Shown here in pieces: positions 12,462 to 26,161 of a DNA stretch of 64,000 bases. The translations under genes were made by a program, and so were the position numbers. Position 1 is the first letter of the stretch. Every line of letters begins with the position of its first letter. Location: assembly GCA_043228905.1 (NCBI GenBank), contig JBHGNT010000002.1:19034001-19098000 (forward strand). The letters run 5' to 3'. The notes below the pieces were generated by a model, which was not told the origin of the DNA, ran no database searches, and saw only the letters and a list, made by a program, of their open reading frames with translations. The stretch comes from Azolla caroliniana. Its lineage: Eukaryota > Plantae > Polypodiophyta.

Positions 12462-15270
12462 TGTTAAGAGTCTATTACTAATCAATAGAGCAAAATAAAG
12501 TAAAAAGAAGGAAAATAGATTGGATGGAAGAACCCGTTCCACCCGATCACCCCTAGGCTATGATCTAAACATAGCCAACCTACCACCGACGTCCCATGCC
12601 GCAGAATATTACGATGACTAATATCTTGGAAGAGATAACACGATCGTCGAGACAAATGCCTAGCCTGCACCACTAATTTCTAAGATAGTGGCCTTCCGAC
12701 GTAATGTCCCTATGGGGGTAGCTAAGCCTCATATTTATTCCTCTCCCTAGGCCCCTTGAATAGATGTGCCTTTCTAAAAGACTCTCCATTCATTGGTTGT
12801 CCAAATCATGATAGTACATGCAACTATCATTCCTTCTATCCAATCACATTAGTCTCTTTTAAACATTAGTGAACATACCCTTCACTTATATAATATAAAT
12901 GACCTACCCTCATCTACATTATGTGTACATAACATACTCCCCTACTTTCAGACAATTACACTCTTACAATATAAAGTGAGGAAATTGTGCCTTAAGAGTA
13001 TGCTCGTGTTCCCATGTGGCATCATCAATAGGTTTATCCCTCCATTTGATCTTGGATAGCCATATCTCTTTAGAACGTAAAAGTTTAGAACGAGCAAGGT
13101 TGTTAGGTACTTTAGGTATGGTACGGATACCATACGTCTATAATGTATTAATACGCGTATAGTACATTAAATACTTCTAGAATTTGAAATTTATTTACCT
13201 TTCTAAAAAAAATTCTATAATATTGTAAAAAACATCTATGTTTAAACAATTTTGTGATGTACAATATAGTTTTACATCCTAAAATGCATATAAGACATTT
13301 AAACATTTCACATCCTAAAATACTTGTAGTAATATGAATGTCGACATTCCCTTATTCTATACATCAGTGTAAGTGTGTATCACAATGTTCTACTTCAAAT
13401 TGTAATTATTTACAATTATGCCTTGAACATAGATTGAGGAATCTTCTACGATTATCACACTCATGATAGGTTTCTCTTTTCTTCGTCTTCTTCTTCTATC
13501 TTCTGCGATTATCACACTCAGAGTCAAGACAAGTTTATGTCTTCTTTTCTCTCTTCTTCTTCTTCTTCATCTTCTTCATCTTCATCTCTTCTATTCTTCT
13601 TTCTTCCTTCCTTTGGCTTCTTTTTCACTAAAATCTCTTTTTTCTTTTGCTTTTTGTTGGGGTTTTACTTACATTTTCTTTATAAATATGTATTATACCT
13701 GTTTTTTTATAAATGTGTTAAATACTGTATTGGACAAATGTACATAATATTTGACTGAACAACATTGAGGTATAGTACGTACTATACAAATTATGAGGTA
13801 TTATACGTATTTAAAGGTTAAATACGAGTACGTAAACAACCATGAGAACGAGAATCAAGAATTTGTTCAGGAAGATGAGGTTTGTAAGAAAAGTTCTCTA
13901 ATGTTACAAGATCTTGAATTGTGATGGTGTTATCACCAAAGCCTAAAAATGGATTTAGATGACTGATGTGAAAAACAGGATCAATACCAACATTACGGTG
14001 TAAGGCAAGGTGATAAGCAGATGACCCAACTCACTTAAGGATTTCGAATGGGCCATAATATCATTGGGCTAACTTAGCGCACTTGCCCGTAGACAATGAC
14101 ATAGAGTAAGTGGGGCACACAAAAAAACGTTTTGACCAATAGTAAATGCAGGAGGACGTCTATCCTTATTAGCATAAAACCGAGCACGATCTTGAGTTGT
14201 CGGAACATTTTCTTTGGCAATATGCAACATTTGGTTCATGTCTTGCAAAAAATTGTGTACTGTCTAATGTATCACGATGAATTGTGACATCGATTGGGGC
14301 ACGTGGCTGAAAACCATACATCAACATAAAAGGACTATATCCAGTGGATGTATGTTTAGAGCTATTATAGGCAAATTCTAAGATAGGAAGGCATTGCTCC
14401 CACTTAGAATGGGTTTTTGCTACCTAAGCTCATAGCATGTGCTCAATAATTTGATTTACTTGCTTAGTTTGTCCATTGGACTGGGGATGATTTACGGAAC
14501 TCATGCTCAACGTACTTTGTAGTTTCTTAAAGACCTGAGTCCAAAAGTCACTAGTAAACTTGGAATCTCGATCACTAACAATATCCATCAGCAATCCATA
14601 AAAATGAAATATCTCATCAAAAATTTGATAAGCCAATTGTTGAGCAGTTACCGTGGTTTTGGTGGGAATAAATCTAGCCAATTTTGTTAGTCAATCAACG
14701 ACAACCCAAATGGCATCATGATCCCTGTGTACGAGGTAAACTAACAATAAAATCCATCAAGATACTTTCCCATTTGTTGTTGTGAATATCTAAAGGATGC
14801 AAAAGATCAACAGCTTTAAGTCGTTCCAACTTATTAATTTGACATTGTAAGCATTGAGTCACGTATTTATGCACGTCAAAGCGCATGTTAGGCCAGAAAA
14901 AAGTACTCGAGATGAGAACGAGTGTGCATTGTATTCTAGGATGACTAGCTAATGATGCATCATGACATTCATGAAGAATTTTTTGTTTTAAGTTTGGTAA
15001 ATCTAGAATGCGGACCTTTCCACTATGGTAGAGCAAACTATTTGTAATGTGAAAGGTCACCTTCAAGGGTAAGGTGCTAGTAATGGCATCTAAAACAAAT
15101 TCGTCTTTCATCCACTATTTCGAGAAATAATTGTCATCAAGGTATTTCCCTCAAAGGTAATCTAAAAGATCGGATTTTCTTTCCATGAAGCTAAGCATGT
15201 TAACTTCTTTAATGCGACTAAGAGCATCCACAATGATGTTCATAGAACCCTTATGATACTGTATGGAAAA
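12462..15270 (-). mobile_element. Gypsy chromovirus remnant: 3' LTR about 12462-12934, PPT, degenerate integrase-chromodomain
   Basis: MARFIPTKTT, IVSDRDSKFTSDFW, ILHECHD, WESILMDFI; paralogous to the pol at 48123-50540; TAACA-TACTCCCC junction as at 48136. Confidence 0.85.
13095..13844. mobile_element. Non-autonomous hAT-type DNA transposon (MITE), 750 bp
   Basis: 8-bp TSD AGAACGAG (13087-13094 and 13845-13852); imperfect TIR CAAGGTTGTT/AACAACCATG; removal restores chromodomain frame PEQILDSRSKLLRSKEIW. Confidence 0.85.
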
Positions 15271-15769
15271 ATTATCAACAGCCCAACAGTCTAAGTGCAA
15301 GGCACTATCCCACATGCATGCCAAGTGTTAGCCGAGCAAGACAATCAAAGGTGTGAAAAGGGATAGAAGGCCAAGCATAGGTCAAAACAGAGGTCTGTAT
15401 AGAAAGGTGCATATATTCTAAGAAAGTCGAGAGTTGTAACGGATAGTCAATATTATTACTGTGAAATCATAGGCACGCATCGTTAGTAGTCGATTCGGTA
15501 GAAACCCATACTCCGTGTCCCTTTCGAGCCTTGAAGCGATCGGTTTGTATTGACGAGTGTCGTCTGGGACAAATGATTGGGGTTGTCTCTAGTTTAAGAT
15601 ACCTAGGTAACATTTGCATAGAGTTACCCCACGTCCCGAATCTGAGTAAGTACAGTGTTGGCGGGACATCCCGAAACCTACCCCTCCTTCCTACCACAAT
15701 ACCTTGATTTGATTACTCGGGAGTAGTAACCGACGGTGTGTTCCTCCAGAGGAGCGTAACATCCATTAA

Positions 15770-16310
15770 AAAAATATGCAAAACAATGTAAGTTACAAAG
15801 AGAACTTGGTACTCCAAACATCCCTGCCTCAAATGAATATGGTGCTTATGCTAATGCTAAAATTACAAAAGAATTCTTAATGCCCATTAAGAACCACACA
15901 AGGAAACTCTTGTATGATGAAATTCGTGGAAGTCCATTTTTCTCCATCCTGATTGATGAAAGCACTGATGGTACATTGGAAAAACAGTTGATCAATGTCT
16001 TGTACTTAAGTGAAGATGGCAAAGGAGAGCCACATTGTATGCAGCTTCTTCCTGTGGAAAATGTGAGAGTTGAAGTTATCTACAATTCTATCAATGAATT
16101 CATTTTGGAGAGCAATTTAGATTTTTAAAAACTTGTGGCTTTTGCAAGTGATGGGGCATCATCTATGATAGGGAAGAACAATGGTGCAATTTCTAAGTTT
16201 CAATCCACGATGCCTAACATTTTGGGAGTGCATTGCATTGTACAACGTGAAGCACTTGCCATAAAAGATGCATATATAATGTCTCATGCACATGTGTTTA
16301 GCGCATTGTT
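15770..16310 (+). pseudogene. hAT (ZBED/ZNF862-like) transposase fragment
   Basis: FFSILIDESTD, FASDGASSMIG, GVHCIVQREALA motifs with an in-frame stop. Confidence 0.8.
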
Positions 16311-16380
16311 TCACAATCAAAATTATAATGCATTTAATGACATTTAATGAGTTTGTTTTCCATGCATTCTTAAGCCTATG

Positions 16381-16874
16381 TAACAATTGACAACGGTTTG
16401 GTTTGAACCGAACCGAACCGCAAAACCATAGTTTAACGGCTTAACGGTTTCAACGGTTCGGTTTAGGTTTAGGTTTTTTTAAACGGTTCGGTTCGGTTTC
16501 AACAATCAAAAATCACGGTTAAAACGGTTAAATGGTTTTTAATTTGTATTTTTTTTTTTTAAATCTAAAAATTGTTTTTAAACAATCTTTTCATTTTTAC
16601 ACCTTATTCTCACATTTTAGGAACATCTTAAAAATTTTAGAAATTCTAAATAATGAAATATTATAAATTTTAAAAAATTAAAAATTTGACCTATGTTGAA
16701 AACTGAAACTGAACCACAAAACCGCGATTTTTACGATTTAATGGTTTAACGGTTTGAAAAATGTTTAACGGTTCAGTTTAACTGTTTCACGATTCGGTTC
16801 GATTCGGTTCAGGTTTTAGTAATTTGAAACGGTTTGGTTTGGACCATCTCGAACCGAACCGTTGCCGATTGTTA
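16381..16874. mobile_element. hAT-type MITE with AACCG-rich subtermini, copy 1
   Basis: 8-bp TSD AGCCTATG (16373-16380 and 16875-16882); TIR TAACAAT...ATTGTTA; AT-rich core. Confidence 0.9.
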
Positions 16875-18994
16875 AGCCTATGTTATGTTCCTATTTCATA
16901 TATCAAGAACATGTGAAATGGAAAGAAGATGGAACAAAAATGCTCAAATATTAAGTTTATAACTCAAAACATTACAACAGTTCCAATTTTGGGACAAAAA
17001 CAAAACTAAGTTGGGACAAGTTGGGACAAGTCAGGATGAATCGGATGAGTTGGAATGAGTTGGGACAACTCCAAACTTGAGCAAGGGAGAGAAAGCAACC
17101 ACACTCCTTGAGCAACAAGTGAATTCAAAAATCTAGAATGATGAAAATGAGGAAATGATCCTCCTTATATAAGGCCACAAGTGGCCATTGGGACTAGTCG
17201 TAGGGCTAGTTGTTGGGCAATCCCTTGGGACTACCCATTGGGACAAGTGTTTGGCAAACCATGTTGGAACCCCTTTTGGGATTGGGAATGGGCCCCTTGG
17301 TGAGGCCCCTATAAGTTTTGGGACTCTATCTTAGTTGGGACAAAATAGGGACAATACAATATGCCATACCTACACACATTTCTCTCAAAACACTAATTTT
17401 GGCGCATGATTGCAACATGTATTAGTAAAATGCATGAATAACAAGAATCACTTCTTAACTCCACACATGGTATATAAAGTTGTTTCCCGTTCCGCTCCAC
17501 AGGTTGTATTTGACCTCTAAGAAAGTCAATAAAACATCTCTCTCTCTCTCTCTCTCTCTCAAACTTATGAGTGTCTTGAAAAAGTTATGTAAGCATAAGT
17601 CATATCTTATCTTAGAGGACGATGATAAAATCCATCTATATGTCACCCTTACACGGCCCCACTTAATTGCTGCTTTTTGTTCCTTACAGTTTGCATAATA
17701 TCTACACAAGCACATCACACATCCTAATCTTTATGGAAAGCTAGATTTGGCCTTTCCATAAGAGCACTGTACATGCCATTTACCTCATAAGTTAGTTTTG
17801 GCCTTTTGTTTAAGAAAATAGTTCTTTCTTTTCACTCTCTCCACCCTTGTCTCACTTTCTACACGAGCTTGCTAATAAAATTTGTTGCTTTTAAAGTAGG
17901 TCTTTGTAATAGACTTTAACGAATTTTAAGGCAAATGTTATATATTACATTTTGAATAAAAGAAAAGACAGAACTTTTAGCTTTATTAGCAAGCTAAAAT
18001 AGATTTGGTATCTTCAATCAACATGGAGATCAACATTTGCTAGGAATGGCTCTATTGAGCATGGTGGGGTTGTCTAGTCTAAAATTGTAGTATAGTCAAT
18101 ATTTGATGAGTACAATTAGCATCTATAAAATTTGATCCATCTTGGTGTTTCTCTAAATTTTTGCAGCAAAAGTTTGTATGGGGTGAGCATCACTCGCATT
18201 TGTAAAAAGGGGGTAAAAAACAAAGGGGAAAAAGAGTCCATCAACAATTGTCGGTCTTCTCTAGAACTTGTGCTTGTCTAAGATACTAAAGGTTGTTACC
18301 CGGTGAGGAGGCGTATATACACATTTGTTGAATCCAATTTTTTTTCTAGAAAAGGTTTATGGAAAGTTGTTTGTTTTGGTGAGCAAGAAGTGCTGGCATG
18401 TATGGAATTGGGGTGGGAGCCCACTTTCTCAACAACCTTGTACATCAACCTTACACATGGCCGCTTGGAAGCATCACAAGATTTCGAACACATGATCTAC
18501 TAAGTTTTTCGAGACACGTCGAAACAGTACGAGTGCAAGGTTTGAGCCACGCCACCAACATGTCAATAGATGATGGGGGATCGAGCGTTTGTGTGGTGGA
18601 GAAGGCATGCGCTCCCCGTAGTTATGTTCGGATTGACTACGAGGACGAGGAGAAAACACACAATGACTCACAAAACACACACTTTTGATAATAGTTTTTC
18701 TCCCAATATCAATATCAATATCAATATCAATATCAGTCATCCCAATAATAAATGGGAGGGGGGGAAAGCCCATTTGTCTCTTCTCAACTTTGCTTTACAG
18801 CTTGCCATCCTATCTTCATTTGAATTATCACATCCTACCTATGGCTCTCCTATCCATGAGCTTAAGACCCTCTTTGTGTTGAATGGTGTTTGTAGGCATT
18901 CAATCATGTTAATGCTGATGATCTCTTCTCTCTGCTGATTGTAATAGAGCCTACCTGCAAATAACATATACATCAATCCTAGAGTAGGAGAGCT

Positions 18995-20932
18995 ATGTTC
19001 TCTCGCTCTAATTCTCCGAGCCGCACCGACGTGGGACATGCGGCGGCCCAGAACAAGAAGATCGGATCGCCCCTTCCTGTGAAGTCGTCGAGCAAGACCA
19101 CAACCACCACTGCCAAGACACTCAACTTGTTGACCTCTCCTCTGCACCGATCTTCGTACCTGCGTAAGCTCGCACGATCTTATAACAATAACAAGTCCAA
19201 TAAGGAGAAGCATGAATCGGTCGATGATACAAGCAGCCCTTCTGATGAATTTAACACAGACAATAATCCTAGCCTCAACATAATCAGTCATGGCAAGCTC
19301 ATCCTTAAGAAGCATCATGAATTAGCAGACCATCAGGCTACTATTCAGCCACATCCCAACTTGGCCATGAGTCACTACACGGATCATGGTGCGGAGATCA
19401 CCGACAATGAGGGCGCGCCCCCTCGCTTGACCTCCACTTCATCTTCTACTTCTGATCTGCTGTATGTCAACACCAATGATCCACACACACTTAATTTGTT
19501 GAGTGAGGAAATGAAGAACCTGATTGCCGGTGTGTTCTCAGCCGTCTCGTCCCTCGAAGCTTCCTATCCCCGCCTGCAGTCCGTGGCCAACATCCACCCC
19601 GATGTAACCTGCGATGATGACGATCTTCACATGGCTGATCGAGCTGTGATGAGAGATATCAAAACTTTGTCTGAGCTGAAGAAATCATACCTCAATCGGC
19701 TGAGTCGCCACTCACATCAATCGAGCGTATTGTCGCCGAATAATTTGAATTCGGCTTCGGCGAGTCCCAATATGAACTATCACAATGAGAACAATTTGAT
19801 GATTCTCAAGTCCTACGAGGGGCTTATCAACAATTTCCACACCGAGATCCAGGAGAAGAATGCGACGATTGAGAACTTGAAGGACATGGTAGCGCAGTCG
19901 ACCTTGCAGAAGGAGAAGGCGGAGAGGAAGCTGAAGAAGCTAGAGCAGAGGTTGCAGCACAGGAGGATATCTACCTCTGTGAATGTCCTATGCAGCCGTC
20001 CTCCTCCTCAGAATATGGCGAATACCAATAATGTCATCTCCAGTGCAGTACCCAGCAGCAACGGTGCATCAGAGCAGCTAGATTTGTCTTCCTACATGCG
20101 TCTCATGAGAGCTTGCGTGGTGGAAGCCGGAGATGCATCGACGAGCTTCACAGAGCTGCTGACATCTCTGATGAAGATGGCGCAGTGGGATCTGGATGCG
20201 GCCGCGCGCTCCATCGAGCCCGATCTCCCATTCGCACGCAAATCTCACAGCAAGCTCGCATTTGAGGCCTATCTATGGCGCCGCATGCTCACTGGCTTCG
20301 AGTCCGAGAATTTCGGTGTCGATGGTAGCCTGCCCACGGAGGTAGACCCCGAGAAGCGGCGCGCACAGTTCTACGAAGAATATGAAGCCATGAAAGATGC
20401 CGATCCGGCCGTGATCGTAGAACACGAACCTCACGGCTTGTTCAGCAGGTTCTGCTTGAAGAAGTTCGAGGAAGTGGTTCACCCCCGGATGGAGGAGGCA
20501 TTCTTCGGGGGCCTAGAGCAGCACAGGGAGAACATATCTATGGGGAAGCACCCTAATACCCCATTCTACCATTGCTTCCTTCAGGCCGCCAAGGCGATTT
20601 GGCGTCTCCACTCGCTCCGCTTCTCCCTCTCTCCAGCACCTCGCATCTTTCAGGCACCGCGAGATGCGGATTTCGCGCCAGCATACATGGAGAGTGTAAT
20701 CGGAATTTCCACTCCTGTTACTTCTAATGCTGGTGATGATGATGTGGGAGGTGGTCACAATGATGAAAATGAGAAGGTCAAGATTAGGGTTGGCTTCACT
20801 GTGATGCCTGGTTTCCTGCTGGTAGGCTTGAACAGTAATAATATGATGAAAGCGAATAATATCATCAAATGCCAAGTTTATCCATTAACAGCCTTGCCAT
20901 CTACCTCTCTTCATGAAGATCCACACAGTTGA
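18995..20932 (+). CDS. GIL1: GRAVITROPIC IN THE LIGHT 1 / IRK-interacting (DUF641) family coiled-coil protein, 645 aa, uninterrupted ORF
   Basis: LIAGVFSAVSSLEASY...ADRAVMRDIKTLSELKKSY (DUF641-like), coiled coil, LMKMAQWDLDAAARSIEP, FSRFCLKKFEEVVHPRMEEAFFG, AKAIWRLHSLRFS, YMESV, VGFTVMPGF...IKCQVY. The symbol denotes family membership; orthology is not established. Confidence 0.88.
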   Translation: MFSRSNSPSRTDVGHAAAQNKKIGSPLPVKSSSKTTTTTAKTLNLLTSPLHRSSYLRKLARSYNNNKSNKEKHESVDDTSSPSDEFNTDNNPSLNIISHGKLILKKHHELADHQATIQPHPNLAMSHYTDHGAEITDNEGAPPRLTSTSSSTSDLLYVNTNDPHTLNLLSEEMKNLIAGVFSAVSSLEASYPRLQSVANIHPDVTCDDDDLHMADRAVMRDIKTLSELKKSYLNRLSRHSHQSSVLSPNNLNSASASPNMNYHNENNLMILKSYEGLINNFHTEIQEKNATIENLKDMVAQSTLQKEKAERKLKKLEQRLQHRRISTSVNVLCSRPPPQNMANTNNVISSAVPSSNGASEQLDLSSYMRLMRACVVEAGDASTSFTELLTSLMKMAQWDLDAAARSIEPDLPFARKSHSKLAFEAYLWRRMLTGFESENFGVDGSLPTEVDPEKRRAQFYEEYEAMKDADPAVIVEHEPHGLFSRFCLKKFEEVVHPRMEEAFFGGLEQHRENISMGKHPNTPFYHCFLQAAKAIWRLHSLRFSLSPAPRIFQAPRDADFAPAYMESVIGISTPVTSNAGDDDVGGGHNDENEKVKIRVGFTVMPGFLLVGLNSNNMMKANNIIKCQVYPLTALPSTSLHEDPHS

Positions 20933-22257
20933 CACATTTTGTTCCGGTGTTTTTGGATCCATCATCATCAGAGCACTCATATACATACCTCATTTCATTC
21001 TGCACAATCTGTTTTTGTTCCATTTGTACACAGTATTCTTTGTAGTCCTTTTTTCTAATCTGACTTGTATGTGACTATTATTTCAATCCTTCTTGATTCC
21101 TATGCATACCACAGCTAGCTATGCTAAAAAATGAATCATAAATGCCTCTACAAGCTTCTGATGTTGTCGCAGAAATCGAATACTGGATACTTTGAAAGAT
21201 GTACTAGGTATTTAACGATGAAACCATACTCTGATTGATGGTGTCGCCATTAATTCGGCAAAATATAGCATAATGTGCACAAGATTTCATTACCAGAACA
21301 TGACATTCACACATGTTTGTCTGGATCGGAATAGCACCATGCCATTTCCTAACTTTTTATCCCAGAAAGCTTGCTTGTCAATGCATATACGGGCTCATGC
21401 CCCTCGCCACAGTCTCATGAGATCCCACTCGAATATTTTCATATCACATCGAGCGTAGCAACAAGTAGATTTGTTGGTCCCATGTAGGAAGGAAGTGCAC
21501 AAAATCACAAGCTGCAAACATGGGGGACACACACTTCAGATGCCACTCAGAATAATTTCATATATTACATCAAGAATTAGCAAACAAGTAGATTTGTGGT
21601 CAGGATGTAGGAAGTGCACAAATCACAAGCTGCAATCATCTCTAACAGAGTCTTTTGAATCTCTTGATCTATCGGTACTACTAGGGAAGGTAATGCAATA
21701 TTATCTTCTCCGCTTCTACACTGTCGGATTTTTCCTTTTTTTTTACGGGGGTGTTGGCTATGCAACCAATTCCTCGACATTTCTTGCAAAATCTCGTCGA
21801 CATGTCTTTGCAGGGTAGTAGGTTTCGTTCCTTATCACTTCATTTAAGCGTCTTCCTTTCATTCGAGAGCCATGCTGGGCCCTGGCCATGTCCATTTTTC
21901 TCTTCTTCTTCTTCTCTCTTTTGTTTGTTTCCTTTTTTGTTCCATGACGTGGTGCAGAAGCTCTCATGTCACAGACTCACATGTTCATGAAAGCCAAAAA
22001 AACTAAAGCCCATGGGTTAGATAGATCTCCATTTCGTGTGTGTCGAGAACATTGTCCTCCTCGCTCGCGTCGAGCCGCATTGCCCACCAAAAGAGTCCCG
22101 AAATGAAGCTCAAACCAACCATCTCGCTTAACGCCTTTTGTCCACTTAATCATGCATATATGCCATTGGAAATGACTTTTTACGACAACGCAATTGTCAT
22201 TTCCTTGAAATTACCTTTGCCTCTATGAGGATGAAAAACATTACACCATTTTGCAAC

Positions 22258-22284
22258 CTCTCTCTCTCTCTCTCTCTCTCTCTC
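22258..22284. repeat. (CT)n microsatellite
   Basis: Direct reading; a similar tract lies at about 17537-17560 and an (ATATCA)n tract at about 18705-18735. Confidence 0.9.
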
Positions 22285-25200
22285 ATGTTTATGTGTTTCA
22301 CTAGTCTTTTGATGGTTCCAAACCTTTCCTCTCATTCATTCCCTCCAAAGTCATAAAATTCATGGAATCCAAGTTCGATCCTCACCATGGGCAACACCCT
22401 GTCCCATGGATCACAATTGGTCTCCTGTGGGCGCTAAATATATATCTAGCATTTTCTGACAAACATTCATTTGTGAAAATTTTCTTCACGAATCTCTCGA
22501 GTTTCTCTTTCATGCATGAAATGATAGGATTTGTCTAAGAATATACTAAAACTTTACTAGGGTTCAAATAAAACAAGTTCGATTGAGGTCATTTAAAGGC
22601 CTCATTCCATGTGAGTACGGGTTTGCGGTCCTCAGTGAGTAAATAATGAAAATGAGTAGGAAACATGCAAGACAAGGATGTGCATTATATCGTCAATATA
22701 AGTAAGAATGTGTATATTCCTCCCAACACAAAAACCATATCCAAATCTTGGGATCTAGGATAAGATGTGTAGTTAATTCAACAACTTCAAACCTATCTAC
22801 CAAAGTACTCACATCCTACCAAAAACTTTACAAGAAGCCACATGTACACCAAATGATATGTGGTTTGTAAAAACCAAAAAGGGACTCCAACACTATAAAG
22901 AGAACAAACTCAAAGTTATTTAATGGAGTAAAATATTGGAAAGAGAAGATTACCAAATATGCTTATATTTACTAGAAATTAAAAATATATGTTTTTAAAT
23001 ATTTTCAACATAGTCATGTTTCGATCAACTTAAAGTTCTTTAGGTAGTTTGTTGTATTAACTTGAAAATGACTTTCCTGGATATCAAAATTGTAGTTCAA
23101 ACAAAGTCGTATGCATACAACTTGTTAGAAAGAGTTTTTCAATCATCAAATTCCTTGTTTTTATCTTAAACAATATAACCAAAATAAATAACATTAGTAG
23201 TGTCTATGACACTACATTCCATACCATCAATTAACACAAAATTATACCTCATGTGAGTTTATTTTAAACAGGATTTTCAACGCATAGCAAACAAGGTGCA
23301 AATTACGATGTTTGATTAACAATTGTCTCTATTTATAAACGAGTATATCATAATTGTGTAAATAAGAAACTTATTTTATCTAAGCATCCTCTTAATTATA
23401 AAGTATGTCCTAATAAGTTGTTTGTGGATATGGAATAGCTTACAAATTAGTGGACCCGTTTTCTCTACTTTGGAGTACATAAACTTGTTTCCTCAACCAT
23501 TGTCTTACACAAGACGAGCTTGGAAAAAAATACTTTGTATGTTTTAGTTGTTATGACCTTTTTATACAACTAATAGGAGGATATTTTGTTTTGAAAAAAA
23601 AAATCAAGGTATTAGACTTTGAGACTTACCTAACACTAAGAAAATTCCATTGCCGTTTTGGGCTAGCCAACATTTTTAGTATTAACACTATCATCTAGAC
23701 TTGGGGTTTTACCCTTTAGAAAGTGAAGGTTATGACATTTATTGTAACTTAGAAAATGAGTGCAAGATACGTAATTGAAGGCGATTGCATCCTTCCTGTG
23801 TTAAACAACTAAAGGTCATGCCATCTTAGCTCTTCTTTCATGATCTTTATCCCTCTTTAGTGTGTTGAGAATTAGGTTATTCATGGTGTCATAGCAAGGA
23901 TTGAGATAAGAAAGTTAGAAAATATATAAATCAGCAATGTAGAGTGTTTATATGCTTCAAACAAAATGTTGCAAAGCACATAGATAGGACAAGAGAATTA
24001 GTTTTATAAAATTGCAAAACAAGTGAACTATAAATGTATATGTACAAGAAGGTTTGTGAGGCATTCCAATTTGGAGAACCATCTATAGTTTAATATTGCA
24101 TCCATGGGAGAATGTGAATTTTACAAATAATAAACACTCTGTAATGAAGTATTTATGCAATGTCCACAACATAGTAGAACTGTGTTATAGAAAGAGAAAT
24201 TAGCCACATCTACAAAATGGCTAGGGTCTTCCGGGCTAAAAAGATTGTGCCATACTCCTATTGCCAAGAGGCTAACCATTTGTATGATGAATAGTTCCAC
24301 AATTGTTGGAGAATGTTTTGTAACTCCAAAAGAAATATTTTATGGAAAAAAACCAAACTTCTCACATTGTAAAGTATTTTGACGTATCGTTGTACATATA
24401 TATGATGAGCTAAAGTCCATCTTGTAAAGTAAGATGGAAATATACGTTTTCGTTGGGAACTTCTTGGAGCAAAATTGGTACCAACTAAACAACCCTTCCC
24501 TTTGAAAGGCACACGTTAGTCTAGTCGAGATATTGTAGTTGACAAGTTGAGTAGTTGGTTAGTGTTCAATGGTAGAAAAGTTTAGAAATGAGAATCAAAT
24601 CTTCAAATTGAGAAGTGGTCTATGTGAATCTTCAAGTTGTATATCCACAACAAATGTATAAAGTGGAAAGGTACACAAATAAAGTCATTGTGATGTATTT
24701 GGAAAAGGTAAAGAAAGATAACATACTTTAATATATGTAGAAGTAGCAAAAAATGAATCCTATATTCATGGCAATGACTCAAATTGATAAAATGCATCTT
24801 GAGGTGAGAATGTTTGCAATAATGAAAACTCATGGCACGAAACAAACCATGGATGTGCCAAATGAAATATTTAGAAAATCTTAAGCAAATAATTGACTAT
24901 GATGTTTGTAGTGAATAGCAATATGTATACACTAAAAGTAGTGGCATATCCAAAAACCACATATGGTTTAGAACAAGTGTTCGAGCTTGCCAATGTATGC
25001 TAGAAATGGTAGTGTTGGTTTGACACTCAATTATGTTGATGATCTACCTATTGTAGGAGATTTTACATTTATCTTGATGTTACTAGAATATTAAGGATCC
25101 AGACATGATGGTAGAGTATCCCCCAAACCTTTGAATTGATAGTTTGAGATACCCTAAAGATTCCTTATACATGTAGGACGGAATTTCAAAATTTTAATCG

Positions 25201-26161
25201 GCCACTTTCCTACAAGCAATAATGTCTATTGGAACACGTTGAATTATTTTTTAATGCAAATCAAATATATTTTTTTAGCACAATACCAAATCAAAAATCA
25301 CAAAAATCATTTTTGAGCTTTCCTTTGCCTTTAGCATTTTTGTTGTGGGCCATACTGTACCAATAATGTATCTATCATGTTGGACAAGCATAATCTATGT
25401 ATGGATTCCATTTACAAGAAGGGAAAACATTTATGCACAATCCATGTATTCTAAAGAGAATAAGCAAATTAAAATACTTGGATATATGGAAGATTATGAG
25501 GCAATAAAGGATCAAGTTTCCACTCTGGATCTTCCAATCTATCAAAAAACAAATAAGAAAGAGGAAGGCTCACATTAGCCACGCACATGAAGTCACATTT
25601 AAATGTAAAAGAAATTGAGTCAATGCACACATTAATAAGGATAAGTTGTTGTAATAGATCAAGATTTATGAACGCACAAATCATGAGACTGATGATCGTG
25701 TGTGTGTGTGAGAGGCATCCTAAGGAGAGAACCAAACTTGTCTGTGAAAGAGAGACAAAGAGCATGGTTAAAGATCCCAACAATATAATGTAGAGAGTTT
25801 AAAGTGAGATGGTCATGTCAACAGTTTGGAGACAATGAAGCCATTACTTTGACACATTGATGTGCAAATTTGGTCAATCAGTAATATTTTGTGACCGAAC
25901 AACCTATGTGAGGGTATTGATTTGAGCTCTCCATAACCCAAGTTGATAGAAGGTTAACAACATAGCACCTAAAACATAAAGAGGTTACTTCTAGAGGGGG
26001 GAAACACAAGAAAGAAGAAGACAACACAAAAGAAAAGCCATCATTCTTGTCTCTTTTGACACATATTTATAAACTCATTTGACAGTTACAAAGTTGTCAA
26101 AATCTATATACATATAATGTAGGATGGATCTTATACAAGACATCATCAATGTTATCTTTGC

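Noticed and set aside
16980-17360. TTGGGACAA-rich repeat segment
   Set aside because: Probably an LTR or other transposon fragment, but I could not define ends or a TSD.
21000-26100. Short ORFs downstream of GIL1
   Set aside because: AT-rich, no domains; only faint Copia traces such as YVDDL near 25030, too decayed to delimit.
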